Of a stretch of DNA of 50,779 nucleotides, positions 42,627 through 50,779 are shown one piece after another (positions within the stretch are counted from its first letter, which is position 1; each line of letters opens with the position of its first letter). The DNA is taken from the NCBI GenBank assembly GCA_964424375.1, contig CAYRIH010000001.1:19577-70355 (forward strand). Reading direction: 5' to 3'. The position numbers and the translations under genes are program-made. Source of the stretch: an uncultured Candidatus Saccharibacteria bacterium (lineage in GTDB: Bacteria; Patescibacteriota; Kazan-3B-28; UBA10110). The notes under the pieces are model-generated. The model was not told where the DNA came from. It did not search any database and saw only the letters and a list, made by a program, of their open reading frames with translations.

Positions 42627-43496
42627 CTAGCGGTAGTACACGCGATCCTCTATCCTCAAATCGACATACTGTGTAGGCAACTCTTTCATAGACCTTAAAA
42701 CCTTAACTAAATTATTAATTTGAGTATCGATACTTCTGGTGGTATCAAAAATAATTGTCCAGCCTTCGGAAGTTACCACCTCAATCTCAAAAGTTGTTTC
42801 GGGCACTAGAACTCTTCTGGCTGATACATTGGTTCGGCGAGGCAGATTGGACACGGCTGAGGTAACAAATTCTATAAAATCGGTTGTCACAATCTTTTGA
42901 TTCAAATTAATAGGCACATTCTTTAAATCTTCTATTACTGTCAAAGGGCTATCTTCTGGCGCCACATCATAAACCACTCCAGCTCGGTTAACCATAAAAC
43001 GCTCATTGTTAGTCTGCCAGATTATGGTTGTTTCATGTTCACTAATCGTAACTACCAGTTTTTTCTTAAAAATCAGTTTTTTAAATCTAGCCTCTTTAAT
43101 CTGTAATATAGACAATATTTGCTGGCTGGCCTGATTTTCATTGAACAAAAAAGCATTAACTGGCTCAAATCCATCTTGAAACATAGTCTGTTCTATATCA
43201 GTATCTGGCACTAAATGATTCCCCTGTATTTCCAGAGTAGTCAAAACAAAGGCTTGGGATCCCAATAGCAAATAAACTAATAAAGCCAAGACAACTCCCA
43301 GACCAACTTTAATCATATAATCTGATATTTCTGGCAAAGGTCTAGTTTTAAGTTTGGGCCGCCATACTAATCTTCTAAGATGTCTCTTGGGTTGGACAAC
43401 ATCTGGTTTGGTTGTATAAAACAATACCTTGGGCCCAGAAGTTCGCGGCTTTTTTTGCTTCAACAAAAATGAAAAAGAGAAACCCCTTTTAACCAT
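42627..43496 (-). CDS. ftsQ: cell division protein FtsQ-like (POTRA domain)
   Basis: TM anchor followed by the POTRA-like LTTLEIQGNHLV. It lies directly downstream of murC, as in dcw clusters. Confidence 0.7.
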   Translation of the reverse strand: MVKRGFSFSFLLKQKKPRTSGPKVLFYTTKPDVVQPKRHLRRLVWRPKLKTRPLPEISDYMIKVGLGVVLALLVYLLLGSQAFVLTTLEIQGNHLVPDTDIEQTMFQDGFEPVNAFLFNENQASQQILSILQIKEARFKKLIFKKKLVVTISEHETTIIWQTNNERFMVNRAGVVYDVAPEDSPLTVIEDLKNVPINLNQKIVTTDFIEFVTSAVSNLPRRTNVSARRVLVPETTFEIEVVTSEGWTIIFDTTRSIDTQINNLVKVLRSMKELPTQYVDLRIEDRVYYR

Positions 43497-43500
43497 CTAA

Positions 43501-44898
43501 TCATCCCCCAGTTTGATTCTTAAAAACCCCTAAGAAGGCATGGATCCACTCACTGTTTTGACCAGCCCCTAAAGATAAAACTACTTCATCTGATTTTAAA
43601 ACCTTATTAAGATAATCAGTCACGGCATCAAAACTTGGCATATTTTTGGCATTACCGCTGATTTGATTAATTTCATCAACCAATTTCTGAGAATTAATTA
43701 ATTTTTGTTCCTCTGGAGTATCTCTAACCGGTAAAATCGGAGCTATTAAAACTTCATCTGCATCTTTAAAACTATTAGCAAACTCATCTAATAAAAATCT
43801 GGTTCGACTAAACTGATGAGGCTGAAAAACTACTCTAATCTTTCTATTGCCAAAATAATCTCGGGTAGATTTAAGCATTGCCTTAATTTCAGTCGGGTGA
43901 TGAGCATAATCATCTACAAAAGCCACTCCTTTATAATCCCCTAGCATTTCAAATCTGCGCTTAGCCCCTTTAAATTGAACCAAAGCTTGATGAATATCTG
44001 CATCTTTGATTTTCAAATGTCTAGCCACGGCAATGGCGGACAAAGCATCCAAAACTAAATGTCGGCCAGGAAAATTAATATATGTTTCAAAGTTGCCTAC
44101 CTTAAAACTCATTTTTGGGTTAGATATTTTTAGTTCAGTAGCTCTAACATCATTATGCGGACCAAATCCAAAAGTAATAACTTTAGCTTTAGCCCGCGGC
44201 AAAATATCTTTGATATTTTCATCATCTCCATTAGCTATGATTAATCCATCAACTGGGACTAATTCCAAAAACTGGGCAAAGGCTTCTTTAATTTCTTGAA
44301 TGTCTTCATAATAATCCAAATGATCCGCTTCTATATTAGTCAGCACAGCAATTTTTGGTTTCATGTCTAAAAATGACCTATCATATTCACAAGCTTCTAC
44401 CACCATATATGGGCCTTTGCCCAAAAATCCACCGCCCTGCAGGCTTTTTACTTCTGCGCCTATCAGCGCAGTAGGATCCAGCCCCCCAATCTGAAGCATT
44501 AGAGTAATTAAAGTAGTAGTTGTAGTTTTGCCATGAGTTCCAGATACCGCAATACCAATCTTATCCTGCATCAACTTGCCTATAAACTCTGATCTTTTAT
44601 TTATCTCTACACCCAACTGACGCGCTCTGACCACTTCCGGATGATCATCATTGGGATAATATCGCTTAATGGCAGAAGTATAAATTAGTTCATCAATATC
44701 TTCCGGAACATTTTCCGGCTTATGCTGACCTATAGTAACCACGATGCCTTTGGCTTCTAATCGGCCTCTTTCGGGAAAATCGATTAGATTAGACCCAGTA
44801 ATCTTATGTTCCATACCCAAAAGTACATCAGCTAAAGCTTGCATGCCAATACCACCAATACCTACCATAAAATAGTGCTTCGAAGAAACTTTTTTCAC
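43501..44898 (-). CDS. murC: UDP-N-acetylmuramate--L-alanine ligase
   Basis: GIGGIGMQALA, SGTHGKTTTT and DDYAHHP motifs. Confidence 0.93.
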   Translation of the reverse strand: MKKVSSKHYFMVGIGGIGMQALADVLLGMEHKITGSNLIDFPERGRLEAKGIVVTIGQHKPENVPEDIDELIYTSAIKRYYPNDDHPEVVRARQLGVEINKRSEFIGKLMQDKIGIAVSGTHGKTTTTTLITLMLQIGGLDPTALIGAEVKSLQGGGFLGKGPYMVVEACEYDRSFLDMKPKIAVLTNIEADHLDYYEDIQEIKEAFAQFLELVPVDGLIIANGDDENIKDILPRAKAKVITFGFGPHNDVRATELKISNPKMSFKVGNFETYINFPGRHLVLDALSAIAVARHLKIKDADIHQALVQFKGAKRRFEMLGDYKGVAFVDDYAHHPTEIKAMLKSTRDYFGNRKIRVVFQPHQFSRTRFLLDEFANSFKDADEVLIAPILPVRDTPEEQKLINSQKLVDEINQISGNAKNMPSFDAVTDYLNKVLKSDEVVLSLGAGQNSEWIHAFLGVFKNQTGG

Positions 44899-44917
44899 TT
44901 TTACACTTTACCTTAAA

Positions 44918-45583
44918 TTAAGCGCCAACAAAATTAATCTCATGAATTATGAACTGCTTCCCTCCATAATCCGGCACATCCTCTATCATTTTTCCTCTGA
45001 TTTCAATTATTTGATCATTATCTGTATATTCTGAAATTCTGGCTTTTATTCCCGGATCAGCAATTTGGACAATCATTAAAGGTTCTATGCCAAATTCTTC
45101 TCCGCCTTCTGCGACTTTAAAGAAGTCATTCCACTGAGCTCCCTCGGAAGTAGAATGAATAGTGCCATAATATGTCAGTAAACCATCATCCCCAGGATTA
45201 CCGTTAATAGTAACTAAGAATTGACTCTCTATATCCTGCTCATCCCAAGACCTGGCATACTTTAATATAATATGAGATCTTTGAACATTCGTAACTTTGA
45301 AAGTTAAAATTTCTTCTCCGCCAGCCCCTACTACAGTCTCGTCATATTCATCAGACAAATGATAATCGCTGGTCAAATACTCTAAAGCCCCATCAGTAAT
45401 ATCATCTACCAACCACTGATAACCAGTAGTGTGATTGGCAGCCAGAACTATCTGAAACTCCTGATCTAATTCAAAGTTAAAATTTCTATTTTTATCATCA
45501 ATGGTTATCTGAGGCAGTGACTCAGACCATAAGCAACCACTAAGAATCAGAGGAAAAATTAATATATATAAAAATTTCTTCAT
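44918..45583 (-). CDS. lipoprotein with chagasin-like (I42) peptidase-inhibitor domain
   Basis: Lipobox LILSGC and NHTTGYQW, the chagasin-family signature loop. Confidence 0.65.
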   Translation of the reverse strand: MKKFLYILIFPLILSGCLWSESLPQITIDDKNRNFNFELDQEFQIVLAANHTTGYQWLVDDITDGALEYLTSDYHLSDEYDETVVGAGGEEILTFKVTNVQRSHIILKYARSWDEQDIESQFLVTINGNPGDDGLLTYYGTIHSTSEGAQWNDFFKVAEGGEEFGIEPLMIVQIADPGIKARISEYTDNDQIIEIRGKMIEDVPDYGGKQFIIHEINFVGA

Positions 45584-46359
45584 AATAACACTCCTTTTTT
45601 ATACTGTTCTAATACTTGGTTAATACCATAACGATATTTGCAAAAATCACAATCAGGATCTGGCTCTGGCAGTCGATCCGACATTAGACAAGCTTTAATA
45701 TCTGTTAATGTCTTTTCAATCCAGGCATCATTACCTTTATATGAAATAAGTTTAATATCAAACTCCAGCTTACCATCAAAAGTTTCGGCATCTCGTCGGC
45801 CATTACAATAAACAAAATAACCTATATTTGACACCTCAAAACCATTCTGTCGAAACAACCACTGATATATTTCGATTTGCCGCTTATAAACTATCTGCCA
45901 AGGAGCATCTATCCCTACTTCACCATTCTTGCTGGTAGCTTTATAATCTACAATAATTAATTCTCCCTGAGGATTTATCCAAATATCATCTATGCCGCCA
46001 GAAATCAATAAATTAGTAGGTTTATGCAAATACTCTATTCCGCCTCGTAAGGCATCACGCCATTTGTCCATATCAGGATGAGGAAAAGGAATAGCTTCAA
46101 CTTTATAAGCCTGCATTAAAGGATGGCTAGACTGCCGATTACGATGGATATCAAATTCTTTTTTTAATAATTCATCAACTGCCGAGTTTAAATTGAAAGG
46201 AAAACCCGGAGGCTGATTTACTCCTAATCGCCTATCTAAGTAAAAACAGCGGGGGCAACTGAGAAATGCATCTATCTTGCTTCGACTCAATTTAAAAGGA
46301 GTCTTTGATTTAGGATCAAAAATGTTACTATTCCTCTTGCCTTGATAATACTTAGACAT
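45580..46359 (-). CDS. Cas4/AddB-like PD-(D/E)xK nuclease with 4-Cys cluster
   Basis: CPRCFY near the N-terminus, GGIDDIW...IVDYKAT nuclease core, and CDFCKY near the C-terminus. Confidence 0.75.
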   Translation of the reverse strand: MSKYYQGKRNSNIFDPKSKTPFKLSRSKIDAFLSCPRCFYLDRRLGVNQPPGFPFNLNSAVDELLKKEFDIHRNRQSSHPLMQAYKVEAIPFPHPDMDKWRDALRGGIEYLHKPTNLLISGGIDDIWINPQGELIIVDYKATSKNGEVGIDAPWQIVYKRQIEIYQWLFRQNGFEVSNIGYFVYCNGRRDAETFDGKLEFDIKLISYKGNDAWIEKTLTDIKACLMSDRLPEPDPDCDFCKYRYGINQVLEQYKKGVLL

Positions 46360-46360
46360 A

Positions 46361-47062
46361 TTAGGTTCTTTTTTTGGTTATTTCGCTCTCCTTTATTTTA
46401 ACATTCTCTAAATCATTTAATGAATGAATTAAATTCAAATCAACAGCATTTTTTAATTTATAATCACCTATGTGAGTTCTAGTTAATTCCAATAAATAGG
46501 CTCCGACTGCTAGTTTTTGACCAATATCATGAGCCAGTGAACGAATATATGTCCCTGATGATACTACTGTATCCAAATTTAAATATGGATAGCTGTAATC
46601 TAATAATTCAATTTCATGTATAACAATTTCTTTGGGTTGTAACTCGACTTTTTTGCCAGATCGGGCTAGATTATAGGCTTTCTGCCCCTTAATTTTCTTG
46701 GCCGAAAAAATAGGCGGCATTTGACTATACTTGCCTTTAAAATCTTTTAGTACACTTTCTATTTTCTTTAAGCTAGGCTTCAAGTTAGAAACTGATGTCA
46801 TATCGCCTTCAGCATCGTAGGTGGTGCTAATTTCTCCTAACTTAATTTTGGCTTTATATTTTTTGTCCAGCCCTCGAAATTCATCTAATTGTTTAGTAAA
46901 TTCTCTTCCAATTGCTATAATCAGCAATCCCGATGCTAAAGGATCTAAAGTGCCAGCATGGCCAATTTTTTGTTCTTTAGTAATTTTGCGCAGATAACTA
47001 ACTGCGTCATGCGAAGTTATACCAACTGGCTTGCTTATTAAAAATATTCCTTTGACAGACAT
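46361..47062 (-). CDS. truB: tRNA pseudouridine(55) synthase
   Basis: KPVGITSHD and GHAGTLDPLASGLL catalytic Asp motif. Confidence 0.92.
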   Translation of the reverse strand: MSVKGIFLISKPVGITSHDAVSYLRKITKEQKIGHAGTLDPLASGLLIIAIGREFTKQLDEFRGLDKKYKAKIKLGEISTTYDAEGDMTSVSNLKPSLKKIESVLKDFKGKYSQMPPIFSAKKIKGQKAYNLARSGKKVELQPKEIVIHEIELLDYSYPYLNLDTVVSSGTYIRSLAHDIGQKLAVGAYLLELTRTHIGDYKLKNAVDLNLIHSLNDLENVKIKESEITKKRT

Positions 47063-47074
47063 TGGGAAGCTAAA

Positions 47075-48235
47075 TTAATGTCTGCCGGATTTTATGGCCG
47101 CATAACTATTTTTCCAAATTCCACCTAAAGCCAATGTCATAAAGATAAATTTGATTAGCCAGCCTACAAAAGGCACTAAGCCTAATAATACATAAACAGC
47201 AGTTCCAACTGCCAGTCTCGCAAACTGTTGTTTATTGCTAAACTTTTTTAATTTAACAAAATAACTGCCAATTACTAACGAAGCAACTATACCAGATATC
47301 ATAATAGTCAGAATATATGCCAGCATTAAAATTATACTGAAAGGTATTCCTATTAATATCGTAATTCCTATGAAGGCTAAAATTGGCACTACTACCAAAA
47401 AAACTATACCCTGCCAAAAGGAACTCCAATAATTTTTTTTAACCAAATCAACAACTCGAGGCATATATTTAGGCAAAAACCAGATTAATATGCCACCCAA
47501 TAACATCATTCCCAAATATTTCCACGCCAGTACCCCAAAAGCTATAGGGGGAACCAAAAAAGCAAAGGCGCCTAAAACGGGAATATAACTTATTCCTTGC
47601 CCATCAGACCATTTATTGTATTCAACGGACCCAGCCACAGCCTCAAAACTAGCATCTGGGGCAGAAGCCCAATAAACTAATTTACCCGTAATGACAGCAT
47701 TATCGCCAAAACTCAGCACCCCTCCATATTTTAAATTGGCATCACCCTTTATAATTCCGTTGATTGCGCCTTTATCAAACCCAGCTTTTATACTGCCTAA
47801 AACCATACCATCAAGAAAGAAATCACTACTGCCAACTATTAAATCACCTTTAACCAGGGCTGTTTCTGAAATTGTTACAATACCGCCGCCAACAATAACA
47901 TCATCACCTATCTCGCCTGTTATTAATACTTCTCCCCCGCCAACTCTTAAATCGTCCCCTATATTTCCTGTTATCAATACTGTTCCAGCCGCCACAAATA
48001 AATCACCTGCAATATCGCCATTAATATCTACCTCTCCCCCTATAACAATTAAATCTCCATCGATATCTCTATCGACTATCACTTGACTGCCAGTAATATA
48101 GGTATCATCTCCTACAGGGCTAGTAATATTAATAACTCCTGTATCAGAAGATAAAAAATTAGGCGCTGCTAAAACCGGCACCGCAAATAATGCAATTATG
48201 GCAATCATTGAAACAATAGATATTTTCTTTAACAT
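47075..48235 (-). CDS. bactofilin-like repeat protein fused to a multi-pass membrane domain
   Basis: Tandem G(D/E)(I/V)xGDLxVxGG beta-helix repeats followed by about 5 TM helices. A TGTATAAT promoter is at 48268-48275 (minus strand). Confidence 0.7.
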   Translation of the reverse strand: MLKKISIVSMIAIIALFAVPVLAAPNFLSSDTGVINITSPVGDDTYITGSQVIVDRDIDGDLIVIGGEVDINGDIAGDLFVAAGTVLITGNIGDDLRVGGGEVLITGEIGDDVIVGGGIVTISETALVKGDLIVGSSDFFLDGMVLGSIKAGFDKGAINGIIKGDANLKYGGVLSFGDNAVITGKLVYWASAPDASFEAVAGSVEYNKWSDGQGISYIPVLGAFAFLVPPIAFGVLAWKYLGMMLLGGILIWFLPKYMPRVVDLVKKNYWSSFWQGIVFLVVVPILAFIGITILIGIPFSIILMLAYILTIMISGIVASLVIGSYFVKLKKFSNKQQFARLAVGTAVYVLLGLVPFVGWLIKFIFMTLALGGIWKNSYAAIKSGRH

Positions 48236-48283
48236 AAATTTAACTACTAGTTTATATTACTATCTAGATTATACATCTCTAAA

Positions 48284-48316
48284 TAAAAAAGAGGCCCATT
48301 CTCAAAGGAATGGGCC
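48284..48316 (-). terminator. strong rho-independent terminator ending the pcm-downstream untranslated region
   Basis: GGCCCATTCCtttgaGAATGGGCC followed by TCTTTTTT on the minus strand. Confidence 0.75.
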
Positions 48317-48724
48317 AATATCGATCTGGGAGGTTAATTCGTCAGAACTCTCAGGAAGAGAACTAAAGCATGAAGTAGATCAAAGGGCCGAGCCCGCAGC
48401 AACTCGCATGGAACTGCGAGCTCGGGTAAAAAAGTAAGACGCGTGTTTGCTAATTAAACTAACCGAAGTAAAAGTCGAATTAGGTCAAAAAGAACAAGCT
48501 CGCAGTAAGCCGATTGAACTGCGAGCTCATCTTACTTAAAAAAGGAGGGGGTCTAAGGAAAAATTAAATCTTAAAAGAGCTAGAGTAGGAGTTCTCAAAC
48601 TCACCATAAGTTTGTAACAAGAAGTAGTTAACAACGAAGGTTGCACACTACGCTCGTAACCCCTACCCTAGCGGAGAAAGACTTATCTGAGAAATAAACC
48701 CAACTTATCAATGATCATATCAAC
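48317..48724 (-). ncRNA. candidate ~400-nt structured RNA of unknown family (or a long structured pcm 3'UTR)
   Basis: No credible ORF on either strand. TATAAT is at the rc of 48731-48736. Twin 9- and 6-bp hairpins share GAACTGCGAGCTC (48411 and 48518), and the long-range pair AAGTAAGA (48432) / TCTTACTT (48530) closes a domain. The region ends at a strong terminator. Confidence 0.35.
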
Positions 48725-48791
48725 ACAGATATTATATACTCTAATACCAAGTAAAACACTATCTAATCATATTCAAAACAACAAAAAGAAT

Positions 48792-49457
48792 TTAGTCCCC
48801 ATTTACTAGAGGCACAAATATAAAACCAGGACATTCATGCTCCTCAAATTTATCCTTGCTCTTTTTTATAACAAAGATAATACTATTGCCTACCGGCGCC
48901 ACAATACGTCCGCCAATTTTGAGCTGATCTTTCCAAGCCTGAGGAATCTTCTCCCCTGAAGCCCCAGCAATAATCCCATCAAAAGGAGCTAATTGAGGCA
49001 AGCCACCCCTTGCATTTTGATTAAAGAACTTAATATTTTTGAAGTTATATTTACTTAAATTATTCTGTGCCTATTGGAGTAATTGAGGAATAACTTCAAT
49101 CGCATCAATTTTACCTTTATCTCCTACTATTTTAGCTAATAACCCTGTCTGCCATCCAGAACCAACACCTACGTCCATTATTTTATCTCCCTCTCTCGGC
49201 CGAAGGGCTTCTAACATAAAAGCTACCACTAATGGCTGGGAAATGGTTTGTCCTTCTCCAATCGAAAGAGGACGATCTACATAGGCCATCTTCTTTGCCC
49301 TCTCCGGTACAAAATCTGCTCGATCTACTGCCAAAAAAGCATCTCTAACACTTTCATTTTTCAATAATCCATGACGCTCTAAATGTTTAACCAAGTCTTC
49401 CATTTTTTCGTTATTAAAACCATAATAATCTTCTATTTTTCTAATTGCTTCTCTCAT
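48792..49457 (-). pseudogene. pcm: protein-L-isoaspartate O-methyltransferase interrupted by a single in-frame TAG
   Basis: Track ORFs 49071..49457 and 48792..49001 are in the same frame (666 nt in total). The translation reads ...IEVIPQLLQ-TAG-AQNNLSKYNFKNIKFFNQNARGGLPQLAPFDGIIAGA..., with SAM motif DVGVGSGW upstream of the stop. Confidence 0.8.
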
Positions 49458-49732
49458 TTTTTAATCTCACTTTCATATTCAGGAAAATATCTATTAATTT
49501 CACGAAGATTAAACTTTTTGAGAATTGATTCCTTTGATTCTCTTTTTAATAAAAATTTAAAGGACTTGATTGTAAGTTCTTTGGGCGTATACCTACCATC
49601 AGTTAATTTTTCCCAATATTCCTTATCCAATACTACCAGATATTCAATCTTATCTCCTTCAGAATCTACCGCTACTAAAAACCTCCATCCTCCATTAATC
49701 TGTTCCTCTTTTTTAATTTCAATATCTTCCAT
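49454..49732 (-). CDS. hypothetical protein
   Basis: 92 aa. Its stop overlaps the pcm start (ATGA), and TGTATAAT at 49743-50 lies about 10 nt upstream of the ATG. Confidence 0.5.
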   Translation of the reverse strand: MEDIEIKKEEQINGGWRFLVAVDSEGDKIEYLVVLDKEYWEKLTDGRYTPKELTIKSFKFLLKRESKESILKKFNLREINRYFPEYESEIKK

Positions 49733-49757
49733 ATCATTTTAGATTATACACTTTTAT

Positions 49758-50080
49758 ATAAAAACTACCCCCCAAATTTATTGGGGGGTGTATGTAAATA
49801 CTTCGGTAGCCCGAAATGAACACTTTATAAAGAACAAGAGCTGGGAAGGGGGGTTACATATGTTCACATTCAGACAACTTAGGAGGAAGACAGGTAATGA
49901 AAAAACGCTGAACGCCAAGTATACAATTGCTGTGCCGAAGAAATGCCACAGTCAAGCCCAAACCAAAGCTTGATGCGACCGTTAATTGTACGAATGGATT
50001 CTAGTGCAATGCTAATGTTCATTGCCAAACCCCTTCCCAATATGAACATCCAGCACTTTGCCATTATCAATGATCAGGTC
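49758..50080 (-). ncRNA. candidate ~320-nt non-coding RNA of unknown family
   Basis: TGTATAAT is at the rc of 50088-50095. The terminator is CCCCCCAATAAATTTGGGGGG followed by TAGTTTTTAT at 49758-49788. Long-range complementary blocks include GGGAAGGGG/CCCCTTCCC and ATGTTCA/TGAACAT. Only low-quality ORFs are present. Confidence 0.35.
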
Positions 50081-50125
50081 TATTACTATTATACAATCTA
50101 ATAGTATAAAAGTTATAATTAAACT

Positions 50126-50779
50126 ATGTCTATTAGCTTACAATTTTTGGGAGCCGCTGGCGGAGTAACTGGATCTAGTTATTTAATTAAAACTAATAAA
50201 ACTTCTTTTTTAATCGATTGTGGTTTATTTCAAGGCCAATATTCTAATGAACAGAAAAATTGGCAACCATTTGCCTTTGATCCCAAAAAGTTAGATTTTG
50301 TCATACTAACTCATGCCCATTTAGATCATTGCGGTCTGATTCCCAAATTATATAAAAAAGGATTTAGAGGTAAAATATATTCTACCCCAGCTACTTTTGA
50401 TATAGCTATAGCCATCCTCACCAATGCCGCGCATATTCAAGAACACGGAGCTACTACCAGACAAATAGAATCTTTATTTGTATCTAAAGATGCTCTAGGT
50501 TCATTTAAATTATTTAAAACTTATCTATACAATCAAATATTCGAAGTTGATACTAATATTAAAATTCGATTTCAGGATGCCGGACATATTTTGGGAGCCG
50601 CTATAGTCGAAATTTGGATAACAGGCAAAAAATTAGTTTTTTCAGGAGATTTGGGTAACAGCCCAGTACCTATTATGAAAGATCCCGCCATTATCAAGGA
50701 AGCAGATTATATAATTTGCGAATCAACTTATGGCAATCGTAATCACGAACCCATTGATAACCGCAAGAATAAACTATTG
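50126..50779 (+). CDS. MBL-fold metallo-hydrolase, beta-CASP/RNase J-like (3' end beyond the window)
   Basis: MSISLQFLGAAGGVTGSSYLIKT..., HAHLDHCG metal motif, and SGDLGN. The frame is open to the window end. Confidence 0.85.
   Translation, partial: MSISLQFLGAAGGVTGSSYLIKTNKTSFLIDCGLFQGQYSNEQKNWQPFAFDPKKLDFVILTHAHLDHCGLIPKLYKKGFRGKIYSTPATFDIAIAILTNAAHIQEHGATTRQIESLFVSKDALGSFKLFKTYLYNQIFEVDTNIKIRFQDAGHILGAAIVEIWITGKKLVFSGDLGNSPVPIMKDPAIIKEADYIICESTYGNRNHEPIDNRKNKLL

Noticed and set aside
48284-48737. Assignment of the structured region as tmRNA, RNase P RNA or SRP RNA.
   Set aside because: There is no GGAAAGUCC or ACAGAA-type P4 strand. There is no T-arm adjacent to an acceptor strand with CCA; a GGGGTTA/TAACCTC pairing exists but has no T-arm or discriminator. 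There is no short tag ORF ending in Ala-Ala, and no SRP domain IV motif. It is left as unassigned.
49788-50070. Track ORFs 49788..49973 (+) and 49879..50070 (-), considered as small proteins.
   Set aside because: They overlap each other on opposite strands inside a promoter-to-terminator unit, have no Shine-Dalgarno at their starts, and have odd composition. The region is reported instead as a candidate ncRNA.

Overview
AT-rich, tightly packed bacterial DNA, coded almost entirely on the minus strand. Its style resembles a reduced Patescibacteria/CPR-like genome, but that is inference only. Housekeeping blocks are gyrA-murB-dus (1-7.3 kb), cysS-recR-ybaB-PPIase-dnaB-dnaX (13.6-22 kb) and ftsQ-murC-truB-pcm (42.6-49.5 kb). 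Between them lie accessory segments. (i) At 7.3-10.8 kb there is a visibly GC-richer islet of promoter-gene-terminator modules, including a fused PyrE-PyrF. (ii) At 10.9-12.5 kb there is a long RelA/SpoT-domain (toxSAS-like) gene beside a rearranged tRNA-Gln/GIY-YIG locus. (iii) At 22-42.6 kb there is a defence and accessory island. The island holds a four-gene operon (PLD-SNF2 helicase, MmeI/Eco57I-like N6-methyltransferase, KTSC, NYN), a translationally coupled Dcm plus GHKL-ATPase/TIR-like pair, a Doc toxin module, and a radical-SAM/SPASM RiPP cluster whose 39-aa Cys/Asp-rich precursor is missing from the ORF track. It also contains several single-gene cassettes. The island is punctuated by a conserved intergenic module with at least 6 direct copies, by duplicated promoter/5'UTR modules, by palindromic hairpin families, and by small promoter-to-terminator units that look like ncRNAs. 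Two longer non-coding, structured, terminator-bounded regions (48.3-48.7 kb and 49.76-50.08 kb) could not be assigned to any known RNA family by eye. No rRNA genes or CRISPR arrays were seen. All domain calls rest on motifs read from the translations, and no database search was possible.
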